A stretch of DNA of 33,830 bases from Clostridiales bacterium (GTDB lineage Bacteria; Bacillota; Clostridia; Lutisporales; Lutisporaceae): contig JAAYKT010000040.1 of NCBI GenBank assembly GCA_012522255.1, positions 1 to 33,830 on the forward strand, given 5' to 3'. The notes beneath the pieces were generated by a model. That model was not told the DNA's origin and did no database searches. It saw only the letters and a program-made list of their open reading frames with translations. Position numbers and translations under genes: made by a program. Positions 8,101 to 14,881 of this stretch are shown one piece after another. The first letter of the stretch is position 1. Each line of letters opens with the position of its first letter.

Positions 8101-10435
8101 CCAAAGTGCTGGTGGTCTCCGTATCCCATGTGAATCCGGCTTTTACTACGGCTTCCGCTTCCACAGAAGCCACAGTAACGCCGAAAACTTTAAAATCCTG
8201 CTCATAAGACACATAGGCACCTACACTTATAGTGACGGATGATGTGCTTCCTGACCCGGAACCTTTTGTTGAGGAATAGCTCGTCGTTGACTCCCCATAG
8301 TTTCCCGATAGGTCATCCCTGTCTAAAAGGTCCTTAAAATAGGGTGGGGAAGCCAGAACTGTCAGCACCTCCGGGTCGGTATATGTAAAGTAGTGCCTGC
8401 CGCTGTAACTCATGTAGCTGGAGTCCCTATCCGTGTTGGCAAGACAAATGCCTGTTGAAAAGTCTTCTTCTGTACGCCTTATTTTATCAGTTGGATCTAC
8501 CGTTACCATATAAGCCTTACCCATTTCAAGTTTTGGATACTCAACCTCTACCGGGCTCACAGATGAGGTCGTTATTGTCCCGTTTTGTACAATTCGATAA
8601 CTTTTTATTTTAAAAATTTTACAAAACCAGTTTTTATAATAACTTTGAACCTCATATTTAGGTAAAGTAACGGAACCTTCAACAGTATAAGAGGCCGTCC
8701 CTTGCCTTTTGTTATCAGAAAGTGTCTGAATCATAGTTGCAAAGGTACTTGCCCCGGTTTTCCCTGTCAGATCTCCGGCTACCCCATCGTACTCCACATA
8801 ATCAACACAGTTACTTATATCTGATTGCATGGCGACAGTATTATCCCAAGCTTCTTTTAGTTTGAGCCCATCCTCCGTATACTCTATGATCAAGCTGTCA
8901 AAATAAAGCAAGTCGCCACCTTTGCCAAGACCTTGCCCGATCATTGCCGTATTGGATACACAAAAAGGCAGTGAATAAAACTTATCTTTTTGGGGCTCGG
9001 ACCTGGTACCCATAACAGTCCAGGTATAACTGTCCCCATCATGTTCAAACAAATCGAAATTCTGCTTTATGTTTGTGACAAAAGAATTACCATTCCAGTC
9101 ATAAAGGGCTGCATAGCGGGTTTGTGTATTTCCGGCACGAAGATCCGCATCGGATTGCCCGCACAATATAAGCGACTTGCTGTTTGCACCGGCCATATCA
9201 CCGTATGCAAAGGATGCACGAACAATATTGGATGTCCCATAGGTCAGGTCAAATTCCTGTGATTTTTGTAACATTTTGCTGCCCTTGCCACCAAACATAA
9301 CAACAGCCTTGGAACCTTTGTTCTGTTCAGGTCCGTAATAATAACCCCAGGTACCCGCCAAATCATCTATACCATCCTGATTCACATCACCGTTTGTGAA
9401 AGACACCATATTGGAAACCACATCACCCTCGCGAAGGTAATAAGTCCATGCAACTTTCCACTTGTCAGGATTCTTAAATGCTTCGGATTTGTTATCGCTT
9501 TCCGTCAGCTGCAATGCATAAATAATGATACGTGAATTACCCTTTTCCGGTATATAGACTGCTACCTCGTCCAAGCCGTCATTATTCCAGTCACCTGTTG
9601 TAATCTGAAGATAGTTGCGTAATTGGTATGGATTTTCGGCAAAGTTTTCGACAAGCTCACCTTCATATTTTAAATCCGGATTTCCAATTTCTTTTGCTGT
9701 ACTTAAAAGCTCTTTTGCATTTGAGCCGTAATTATCCGATGCCGCATTTCCAAAGCGAAGATATAGTCCTCCGTTTTTACTGTATTCGGCGGTATAAACC
9801 ATTGCTGTCTGAGCCTTTAGGCCTTCCTTGTTGCCATCAAAATTCCCCGTTGTCACGGAGGACATGGCATATTTAAAACTGTCAAACTGTGTATAGGCAT
9901 TTTTAGCTTCTTTCAAGTAACCGTTTCCTGGAATATTGGAAGCATTTATATCCTTTATTGTACCTGAACTGATTAATGTATAATTCCCTACAGTAGCAGT
10001 GGTACCTCCACTGAACAGGCTTTTAGACTCTCCGGACCCTAAAATGTATTCCTCATCCTTGTCCCACTGGTTATGTCCGTATAGGACTGAGTGCATCTCA
10101 ACACCGGTTTTTGTTTCTTCATGCCCGGCAGTGTTTCCGCCGCTTTGGAGTGTGCTTGTGCCGTAATTATAAGACTCGCCATATTGCACCTTTGTATCCA
10201 ACCCGACCTTATAAAGCTCGTTGACAGGGGCCACCTGGATAGTATTTCTGCCATAGGGGTTGTCCGTACTGTACGGGTCATAGCCCTCCGGTGCTTCGCC
10301 GGTATCAATACCCAAGGCGGTGAGAGCATCCATATCGACGTCAGCCGCTGCTGCTGAGACGGTTGTATTAAAAGTAGGTATAAGACCGATTATCATGACA
10401 AATGACAGTAATAGGCAAATAATTTTTCGCCTCAT
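2186..10435 (-). CDS. Giant (2749 aa) secreted, SLH-anchored multidomain cell-surface protein
   Basis: Uninterrupted 8.25-kb ORF with an N-terminal signal peptide (MRRKIICLLLSFVMIIGLIPTFNTTVSA/AAA). Domains in order: FG-GAP/VCBS-like loops, FN3, an Ig-like domain (YQWQK...DDGIYRCRV), an Ig-like repeat, an MBG-like domain (PGNYKV...NYSITYMPGNYTI) and nine InlB-B-repeat-like modules. It ends in three SLH domains. An AAGGGGA RBS lies ~11 nt upstream of the ATG. Confidence 0.9.
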   Translation of the reverse strand: MRRKIICLLLSFVMIIGLIPTFNTTVSAAAADVDMDALTALGIDTGEAPEGYDPYSTDNPYGRNTIQVAPVNELYKVGLDTKVQYGESYNYGTSTLQSGGNTAGHEETKTGVEMHSVLYGHNQWDKDEEYILGSGESKSLFSGGTTATVGNYTLISSGTIKDINASNIPGNGYLKEAKNAYTQFDSFKYAMSSVTTGNFDGNKEGLKAQTAMVYTAEYSKNGGLYLRFGNAASDNYGSNAKELLSTAKEIGNPDLKYEGELVENFAENPYQLRNYLQITTGDWNNDGLDEVAVYIPEKGNSRIIIYALQLTESDNKSEAFKNPDKWKVAWTYYLREGDVVSNMVSFTNGDVNQDGIDDLAGTWGYYYGPEQNKGSKAVVMFGGKGSKMLQKSQEFDLTYGTSNIVRASFAYGDMAGANSKSLILCGQSDADLRAGNTQTRYAALYDWNGNSFVTNIKQNFDLFEHDGDSYTWTVMGTRSEPQKDKFYSLPFCVSNTAMIGQGLGKGGDLLYFDSLIIEYTEDGLKLKEAWDNTVAMQSDISNCVDYVEYDGVAGDLTGKTGASTFATMIQTLSDNKRQGTASYTVEGSVTLPKYEVQSYYKNWFCKIFKIKSYRIVQNGTITTSSVSPVEVEYPKLEMGKAYMVTVDPTDKIRRTEEDFSTGICLANTDRDSSYMSYSGRHYFTYTDPEVLTVLASPPYFKDLLDRDDLSGNYGESTTSYSSTKGSGSGSTSSVTISVGAYVSYEQDFKVFGVTVASVEAEAVVKAGFTWDTETTSTLEQTITYTASSGEDMVAFYSIPMEIYEYKSYVPDGSGEYDEVLTTVNIPHEAAVRLLSLDEYEFIAKDYSVLPKIADNVLTHEIGSPASYPAKTDGYKVLAEYDDVPSAVGFSSTGGGSAIAQEIAMSKEKSSAFSISGGIEAKAGAGAGGFKVGVIAGVEGGGGSVDITTNGSSFTGELQNMPIEAQPYGYGMNWKIFCYIYSNAGSTFPVVSYLVSDVHNPPPLPEDFNQNTAETTSDSITLDWTYDSTIAGFRIYRYYEFPEGSGSYEVAFVPFNKGHKDGGLYHFSYVDVGLSPYSEYKYQIKSVRGLDPKESIYSEPLICRTKTEKGYPVISLNGLDGEGVLPIYPDADSTVTLEIKDEDNYNAFDYQWQKVTGGDFVSIPGRTSQSFTIKNAGAADDGIYRCRVNTIYYDETAAQEYYISAYSDSFATAYRKRTPIGKLTAQEIISGTESSLKADVEFYSANKGHSSAPSGNVTFMVKGTDYLYGKTVKLDQQTGTKYFEDLKESKLYSTASLTIPGLAKGVYTVTAYYSGSKVFKDYDISKETFVVIGDAQAYKLDLKTKENGEGTTKFTYGDHVYSSLSRIGKDAGGNITSTPISALFKLRDVNEETGTDFQSDSLTPSIGSYIVDAYIGGDLVASENFTVSKKPITVRIENKTSIDAGTVSSNEPVIQCADISQVDLENLKLDYITTNTAGNIVTLDNSTEPGNYKVIASIGPDTPSDLYNNYSITYMPGNYTIIGLTYWMEVKAEPYSSDGAVRPVGTAGITNETSAKAKYSSGSVVVLYAAPKAGFEVDKWTAVFEGSPVKVQSGGSTFILDMQACDVDVTVTFRPSRIGLTTIASPSAGGTVSCSDPTFSSGAIVGYGAEFGFKAYPAAGYHFKSWRIISGAKTETKQGLLNDDGTNELIITVGEASTIVYADFERDGYRLGLAGDIAAYYWYDNDNDPSTDNIKKNVSNGGIIPGDTVIIVEPKVGYSADEGAFFILNEEETEEISKLEFIITGDSFVSLQTVRNKYKVSLISENGYITAKINGVLKNENELKTVLGGTAIVFEAKAKRGYIFDHWEVNGDECGDEETFTITELGENSSVEAVFTGNIPYTVKADVSNESRGSMKYTLYDIYGELIEESVTMPEELTVYEGESIVLIVSVKTGSMVEQWQVNDDNIYTNEKTYTIDEIEDNIDVTVYLKAASSYMVYFAAEKGDIDDIHGTLSAKMDGKSFESGDLCYGGSSLRFNAEPDSDYMLDYWTVTEGDPSETEEDAATDEDRINIVEPVLNVDSLWKHMTVRAYFSDLQISTVTLAVYDSVYGEIGDSNGISEIVYITPIIPDDDGIRNSDMEKVRMGGTVKMTFKPSERYGTDADTLTEIFENQINSDALIDIENNEDDNEFTVTIRNLGKDIDLSEENIYYRLYNIEIPDSAHGNVIADYSRAKKGETITITVTPDSGYELKSLDINTSREIKQTDDFEYIFEMPGKDLIISAEFEKISYKVTPADSPNGSIKADHKKAQEGDVVTLTVTPDSGYRLKSLWTDPGCKLTKIEPLIYSFVMVDGDVTVTGIFERIPSDDDDSGGSGKGGGSAPKSSKKDKEESTVPTKTGVNITIDGTIANVDIDAAGLNEILTENGEVPFDFTDFGDINEAVIPGRLIGMITENETINTLSISLNAAHMTFDRQALLAIGSSDPDDIFISASIIGDNMLTIEQRSMVKDRPVLDLTITSKGKAISDFGQGTAKVSMHYILKEDENPGAIVVWYLNDKNVLECVNGYYDAETKTVNFTTNHFSKYIVGYVPFKDVSSNAWYFDSVSFAYGNGLFTGINMDEFAPGIPMTRGMFATVLWNMEGKPETEKDGSFGDVETGKWYEKAVNWASSQGIVSGYGNGIFGVNDEITREQAAVILMNYGKFKHYNIIVGAGLYQYTDGDNVSEWAKGALKWANGMKLITGVDGNTLVPKGKATRVEIATILQRFMGTVAR
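2189..2737 (-). other. Three tandem S-layer homology (SLH) domains (cell-wall anchor) at the C-terminus of the giant protein
   Basis: FKDVSSNAWYFDSVSFAYGNGLFTG...MTRGMFATVLW; FGDVETGKWYEKAVNWASSQGIVSGYGNGIFG...ITREQAAVILMNY; YTDGDNVSEWAKGALKWANGMKLITG...ATRVEIATILQRF. Confidence 0.85.
3410..5863 (-). repeat. Array of nine divergent ~75-118-aa beta-modules (divergent InlB B-repeat-like) within the giant CDS
   Basis: Protein residues ~1525-2342. Each module has a 'G..v.l.a.P..GY.f..W' core followed by a 'v.v.a.F' end, e.g. FKAYPAAGYHFKSWRI, FEAKAKRGYIFDHWEV, TVTPDSGYELKSLD, TVTPDSGYRLKSLW. The last two modules (nt 3410-3862) are clearly the most similar pair. Confidence 0.6.
6851..7438 (-). 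other. FN3 domain followed by an Ig-like (I-set-like) domain within the giant CDS
   Basis: Residues ~1000-1195. FN3: PLPEDFNQNTAETTSDSITLDWTYDSTIAGFRIYRYY...YSEYKYQIKSV. Ig-like: TVTLEIKDEDNYNAFDYQWQKV...SFTIKNAGAADDGIYRCRVN. Confidence 0.6.
8756..9853 (-). other. FG-GAP/VCBS-like repeat region (probable beta-propeller) within the giant CDS
   Basis: Residues ~195-560 carry recurring Ca-binding-like loops: TTGNFDGNKEG, TTGDWNNDGLDEVAV, TNGDVNQDGIDDLAG, AYGDMAGANSKSLIL, YDGVAGDLTGKTG. Confidence 0.55.
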
Positions 10436-10594
10436 ATAATTCTACATCCCCTTTTTTATATTGATTACATGATTCAGTTTTCGTTGCCGCTATATCTGAT
10501 TCATGCATACCCCTTAGTACGAGTTCCTGAGATCACCTCATTTACATTTATTAATTTTCTCGCAAATAATGACATTTTTTATTAGATACATTCA

Positions 10595-10622
10595 ATTATA
10601 TTCCTTTTTATAAAATATTCAA
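10595..10622 (-). promoter_or_regulatory. Candidate sigma-A promoter for the giant surface-protein gene
   Basis: The minus strand reads TTGAAT, a 16-nt spacer, then TATAAT. This would give a ~150-nt 5' UTR. Confidence 0.4.
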
Positions 10623-10664
10623 AGTAAATAAACTATGAGAATATTGATCGATACCTGAGTCTAT

Positions 10665-11459
10665 TTAAAACTTTCCTGATTTATGTGAGGAACCGTGGGA
10701 ATTAATAGTTGTTCCCCCGGACGAACTCTTGGCCTTTTCCCGTTTTGTGCGTATAACGTTCCTATACAGAAATATATCTTCCCTGCCCGTCAGTTTCAAT
10801 CCTTCATCGGTGATGTATTCGTTTGCCCTGAGTTTTATTTTTGCAGTTTTCATCTTGCTACTTTGAACAACTACAGTTAAAAGTGCAATAATAAAAGGCA
10901 CTATTGCTAAAACTATTCTGCCTGTTTTCTTTTTACTATCGGGATCAGTCCTTATATCTATAGGCTCTCCAAACCGCGCCGACTCAAGATAACTATTACA
11001 GGTTTCTATAAAAACATTAAAACTGCTGTAATAGTCACCCATAGACAAACCCGGCAAAAACATATCCGCCAGTCTGTCCTTCCCGTAGTCTGTGAAAGCC
11101 ACATTGCCATAGCCGTGTGCCATTATATCGTAATCCCGCTCTGCCATGCTGATTATAAGCATTATACCGCTTCTATCTTCGCCGTAACCCAAATCGTATT
11201 GATCATAGATTGTCTGAGCATAGTCTTCTATATGGGCATCCCCTTTGTCATCAACAGTTATTATCATAATGTCACAGTCATATCTTTCGGAAGCCTCTTT
11301 GGCCTTATCATTTAATTCAACCCGTTCATCTTCTGTCAAAAGCCCTGCCCCGTCGGTGACATAGTCCAATTCTCCTGATCCCGCAAATAAATATAGTGGA
11401 CTGAATAAGGATAAGATCAGTAGCATTAGTAAGCAAATATTAGGTATTCTTTTTCTCAT
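10665..11459 (-). CDS. TPM-domain (TLP18.3/Psb32/MOLO-1-type) membrane protein, YdjH-like
   Basis: Signal/anchor sequence, then a TPM core (YVTDGAGLLTEDERVELNDKAKEASERYDCDIMIITVDD...GIMLIISMAERDYDI) and a C-terminal TM helix (IVLAIVPFIIALLTVVV). AGGAGG lies 8 nt before ATG 11459; the track's GTG 11468 overlaps that RBS. Confidence 0.8.
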   Translation of the reverse strand: MRKRIPNICLLMLLILSLFSPLYLFAGSGELDYVTDGAGLLTEDERVELNDKAKEASERYDCDIMIITVDDKGDAHIEDYAQTIYDQYDLGYGEDRSGIMLIISMAERDYDIMAHGYGNVAFTDYGKDRLADMFLPGLSMGDYYSSFNVFIETCNSYLESARFGEPIDIRTDPDSKKKTGRIVLAIVPFIIALLTVVVQSSKMKTAKIKLRANEYITDEGLKLTGREDIFLYRNVIRTKREKAKSSSGGTTINSHGSSHKSGKF

Positions 11460-11471
11460 TCTCTCCACCTC

Positions 11472-12563
11472 CTAAATAAAGCCCAGAAAGAACATTGCTA
11501 TGCCCATTAAAGCAGCCATCCCGCCCCAAATACCGAAAAACCAACCAAAAAGTTTGCTTTTGGAAATAGGCAGGTCACCTATGAGCTTGCCTGTCTGCCC
11601 ATTCATGGCAAATAAATAATTGTTGCCTTTCCATTTGGTTGCCAAAAGCCATACAGGCAGCAAAGCATATTTAATTGACCCTTGTTTCATTTCTATGTCC
11701 GCCCGGTTCACGCTGCAAGTAGTATATTCACTCACTGTTTGAGCAAATGCATCTGTGGTGCTGTTTTTCATCCTGACATTGACTCTTTGGGCGCTTTCCT
11801 CCGCATCCACATCATATTTATCAGCGAAAAATCCGGGCAAATAAGCCGTGGAAAAGGGCACCATTTCACTGTAATCATAGGGTTCAATAGCATCCATATG
11901 GGCATCGGGCATCTTTGTGGAACCATCCGCAGGTACTTTTTGGAAGTATATCTCACCCTCGCGTGTTACTCTATAATGAGAGGTCTCCGTAACATCATAA
12001 TCTCCAGAGCTCCACATTCGAACTTTTTGCCCGTTATATTGTATATAGGCATCAGCATCACAATCAAAGAGCCAAAAAGGCACATATACGCCTTTGATTT
12101 CTTCAATATGATTTTCGTCTTTAAATTCTTTTGGGAGTAGCAGCTTTTTATTATAATGGTTCTTCAAGGCCTTCATAGCTGCCACTTTATTGAGTTTAAA
12201 AGGTATTACATAATCCGGTTTTAGATTCCCGCCCAATTGTCCCGGTACAACGGTAGGATTTCCGCAATAAAGGCAACTGGTGGCGGCTGTAGTTTCATCT
12301 GTTATTATTTCTGCTCCGCAGGAGGGGCAGTTATATACCTTTAAGCCCTTGGCTTCCATCTCACTCCATGGAGAGCCGGCAGCATCAATATCCCACTGAG
12401 GCTCTTTGGCCTCTGCAGCTGCTTTATTTGCGTCTTCATATAGAGCTTCAATAGTTGCTACATCGTAAACATTTTCACAATATTCACACTGAAGCTTACC
12501 GCTTTCAGAAGAAAATTTAAGGGGACCCGTACAGGACGGGCATTTGTAATTGGTTACTTGCAC
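11472..12563 (-). CDS. Double zinc-ribbon membrane protein, YdjG-like
   Basis: Two CxxC...CxxC ribbons (YKCPSCTGPLKF...LQCEYCENVY and YNCPSCGAEII...SCLYCGNPTV) plus a C-terminal TM helix (FGWFFGIWGGMAALMGIAMFFLGFI). The likely start is GTG 12563, downstream of AAGGGGGAG; the track start 12599 encloses that RBS. Confidence 0.7.
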   Translation of the reverse strand: MQVTNYKCPSCTGPLKFSSESGKLQCEYCENVYDVATIEALYEDANKAAAEAKEPQWDIDAAGSPWSEMEAKGLKVYNCPSCGAEIITDETTAATSCLYCGNPTVVPGQLGGNLKPDYVIPFKLNKVAAMKALKNHYNKKLLLPKEFKDENHIEEIKGVYVPFWLFDCDADAYIQYNGQKVRMWSSGDYDVTETSHYRVTREGEIYFQKVPADGSTKMPDAHMDAIEPYDYSEMVPFSTAYLPGFFADKYDVDAEESAQRVNVRMKNSTTDAFAQTVSEYTTCSVNRADIEMKQGSIKYALLPVWLLATKWKGNNYLFAMNGQTGKLIGDLPISKSKLFGWFFGIWGGMAALMGIAMFFLGFI

Positions 12564-12816
12564 GCTTATTGTTATCTCCCCCTTTATTACAAACCACACA
12601 AATTATGTATATCTAACGCTAAATTTTATACCTTCTGAACCAACATTTTAAATCCTGCCGGAAGGATTAAGATCCTTCGCTGCGCTCAGATACCATAGTA
12701 AACCAAGTGATATTTTAAGAAAAAACAACCACCTATAGCAAGGCGTGGGGCTATTCGTAGCTGGCGGTCAAAGACCGCCCCTACAAGATGTTTTACATAA
12801 TATGACATTATCTATA

Positions 12817-14160
12817 TTATTGCTGATCCTTTTCGTCAAATACATCCCCACATTCCGGACAGAATTTGGGTGGATTATTGAGATCCTTCGGTTCCCAACC
12901 GCATTTATCACATTTATACAAAGGCGCCCCGGCAGGCTTTGGTTTGCCACACTCCTGACAGAAGTTGACCTTATTCACCGCACCGCAGGAGCAAGCCCAG
13001 CCTTCCTGCGCAGGTTGGGGTTTGCCGCATTCAGCACAGAATTTCCCTATATTGCCCCGGTGCCCGCATGATGCACATATCCATCCTGCTACCACCGGTG
13101 GCGGTGTAGTTTGAGGTGTTTGAGGTTGAGTCGGCGGTTGCTGTCCTTGTTGGCCCATGCCGTATAAACCTTGTGCATTCATTCCTCCTACATTTTGCGC
13201 CATTCCCATTCCCATAAACGCCATAGCAGGCCCTGCCGTTGGATTACTTGCTGCCGATTGCATAGCTGCTGCCTGGGAACCGACAAGATGTGCCGCTGCT
13301 CTGGTGGGGTCCATAAAAGCCGCATTTCTCTGCAATTCCTTTATCATTTTTTCATCTTCATCTGATGCTTTGACTGAGGAAACACCAAAGGAAATGATCT
13401 CAAGCCCCCTAAGTTCGCTCCATTTTGCCGACAATACTTCATTAATTGCATTGGCTATTTCTTCCGTATGTCCCGGCAGTGCGCTGTAGCGTATTCCCAT
13501 TTGTGAAATCTTTGCAAAAGCCGGTTGTAGCGCTGACATAAGCTCGGACTTTAATTGCCCATCTATTTCGCTTCTATTATAATCTCTCTCTACATTTCCC
13601 GTAACATTGGTATAAAACAACATCGGGTTGGTTATTTTATAACTGTATTCTCCGAAACATCTTATTCCTATATCAATATCAATGCCGGCTCTTTCATCCA
13701 CAACTCTAAAAGGTACAGGACTTGGAGTACCATATTTGTTTCCTACCAATTCTTTTGTATTGAAATAGTATACTCTCTGATCTTTTCCCGGATCGCCGCC
13801 AAAAGTAAAACGCTTACCTATTTGAGAAAAAACCGCCTTAATATTTTCTTTATTTAATCCGCCATATAAAAGTGTAGGCTCTGTGGAAGTGTCATAAACA
13901 AATTCGCCCGGCTCAGCGCAAATGTCCACTACCTTTCCTTGATCCACAATAATCATACATTGACCGTCTGCAACCGCAATTATTGAACCGTTCGATATGA
14001 TGTTGTTTTCGCCTTTTGTATTGGAGCTCCTGCCTCCGACCCTTTTTTGACCTTTGGCTACTAATACATCCACCGGCATGGATTCACTATAGAAAAAATC
14101 GCGCCATTGGTCTGCCATTACGCCGCCAAAGGCTCCTATCCCTGCTTTAAATATACCCAC
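12817..14160 (-). CDS. SPFH-domain protein of the COG4260 / YdjI type ('virion core protein-like') with three C-terminal zinc ribbons
   Basis: The N-terminus GIFKAGIGAFGGVMADQWRDFFY...LVAKGQKR...NIISNGSIIAVADGQCMIIVDQGKVVDICAEPGEFVYD is typical of this family. A Q/P/G/M-rich linker follows, then CASCGH..FCAECG, CSCGA..FCQECG and CDKCGW..FCPECG. The likely start is GTG at codon 4 (14160), 9 nt after GAGGGA. Confidence 0.85.
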   Translation of the reverse strand: MGIFKAGIGAFGGVMADQWRDFFYSESMPVDVLVAKGQKRVGGRSSNTKGENNIISNGSIIAVADGQCMIIVDQGKVVDICAEPGEFVYDTSTEPTLLYGGLNKENIKAVFSQIGKRFTFGGDPGKDQRVYYFNTKELVGNKYGTPSPVPFRVVDERAGIDIDIGIRCFGEYSYKITNPMLFYTNVTGNVERDYNRSEIDGQLKSELMSALQPAFAKISQMGIRYSALPGHTEEIANAINEVLSAKWSELRGLEIISFGVSSVKASDEDEKMIKELQRNAAFMDPTRAAAHLVGSQAAAMQSAASNPTAGPAMAFMGMGMAQNVGGMNAQGLYGMGQQGQQPPTQPQTPQTTPPPVVAGWICASCGHRGNIGKFCAECGKPQPAQEGWACSCGAVNKVNFCQECGKPKPAGAPLYKCDKCGWEPKDLNNPPKFCPECGDVFDEKDQQ

Positions 14161-14254
14161 ATTGATCACTCCCTCATCATTAATATATTATTATTCTATA
14201 CCCTATCCATAGATAACTTTTTTCATGCTTATTGCTTTTTAACTGTCACACCTA

Positions 14255-14282
14255 ATTATATCAGTTAGCATTCCACTGTTAA
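14255..14282 (-). promoter_or_regulatory. Candidate promoter of the SPFH/zinc-ribbon/TPM operon
   Basis: The minus strand reads TTAACA, a 16-nt spacer, then TATAAT, about 90 nt upstream of the start codon. Confidence 0.3.
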
Positions 14283-14367
14283 ATAGTCAATTTCTTGCTT
14301 GTGGGATAGAATCCATAAGAAACATATTTGCATAAAAAAATGCCTATGCAGTTTTAAAAACTTAAAA

Positions 14368-14416
14368 TTTGAAAAGCAAAAGCCTACCCCTCTTCAGTTG
14401 AAGGGCAAGCTTTTTT
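14368..14416 (-). terminator. Rho-independent terminator downstream of the aconitase-X small subunit gene
   Basis: The minus strand reads GCTTGCCCTTC-AACT-GAAGAGGGGTAGGC (an imperfect GC-rich hairpin) followed by TTTTGCTTTTCAAATTTT. A T-run is also present on the plus side. Confidence 0.6.
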
Positions 14417-14439
14417 GATTGATACAAAAAATAGCTACA

Positions 14440-14880
14440 TCACTTTATAACCACGACACCATCTTCCCCCACGGTAACAGTCATGCCTGTTTCCACTGCC
14501 TGCAAAAATTCATCACCAAGGCTATCCACAGTTGGCATGGATGCATCAGTCCATACATCAGCCAATATCACCCCAGCTGCCGCTAAAGAATCAATAGGCT
14601 TACTGAACAGCAGACATGCCGGCTGCCGGGATAGGGCCGCAGCACAGTATAACACCATACCCCCTGTTGTGGAGCCTATGGTTTGAGGCAGGCACAAGGC
14701 TTTACCGTACATAGCCTTGTTATATAAATCCGGATTGTTTTGGTCCGAGCAAGTGGCTTTTTTGTCACCAAACATGAGACTTTTTTGAAAGCTGGCCAAG
14801 GTATTAAAACCACCTCGGGAAACAAGGGCCTCTGCCTCTACTGTACCGGGCACCACTACACGTCCTTGAAATCGCTTCAT
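14440..14880 (-). CDS. Aconitase X swivel-domain subunit (DUF126)
   Basis: 146 aa. GRVVVPGTVEAEALVSRGGF...GKALCLPQTIGSTTGGMVLYCAAALSRQPACLLFSKPIDSLAAAGVILA matches the DUF126/AcnXS pattern. The ATG lies 1 nt after the upstream stop, with a GGGGAGG RBS inside the upstream gene. Confidence 0.85.
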   Translation of the reverse strand: MKRFQGRVVVPGTVEAEALVSRGGFNTLASFQKSLMFGDKKATCSDQNNPDLYNKAMYGKALCLPQTIGSTTGGMVLYCAAALSRQPACLLFSKPIDSLAAAGVILADVWTDASMPTVDSLGDEFLQAVETGMTVTVGEDGVVVIK

Positions 14881-14881
14881 A

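Noticed and set aside
2156-10357. Many plus-strand ORFs of 60-233 aa inside the giant gene (e.g. 2931-3467, 7541-8242, 5508-5837).
   Set aside because: All are antisense to a continuous 2749-codon ORF with clear domain content. Their translations are low-complexity or Cys/Arg-rich with no motifs and no RBS, which is the expected shadow-frame noise.
12686-12808. 40-codon minus-strand ORF (MSYYVKHLVGAVFDRQ...) in the SPFH / zinc-ribbon spacer.
   Set aside because: It has no Shine-Dalgarno and starts 8 nt after the upstream stop in AT-rich sequence. The composition is unremarkable, so the region is better explained by RNA structure.
11682-13857. Plus-strand ORFs antisense to the zinc-ribbon and SPFH genes (11682-12140, 12745-13071, 13157-13489, 13555-13857).
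   Set aside because: They are antisense shadows of well-supported CDSs, with no RBS and no recognisable motifs.
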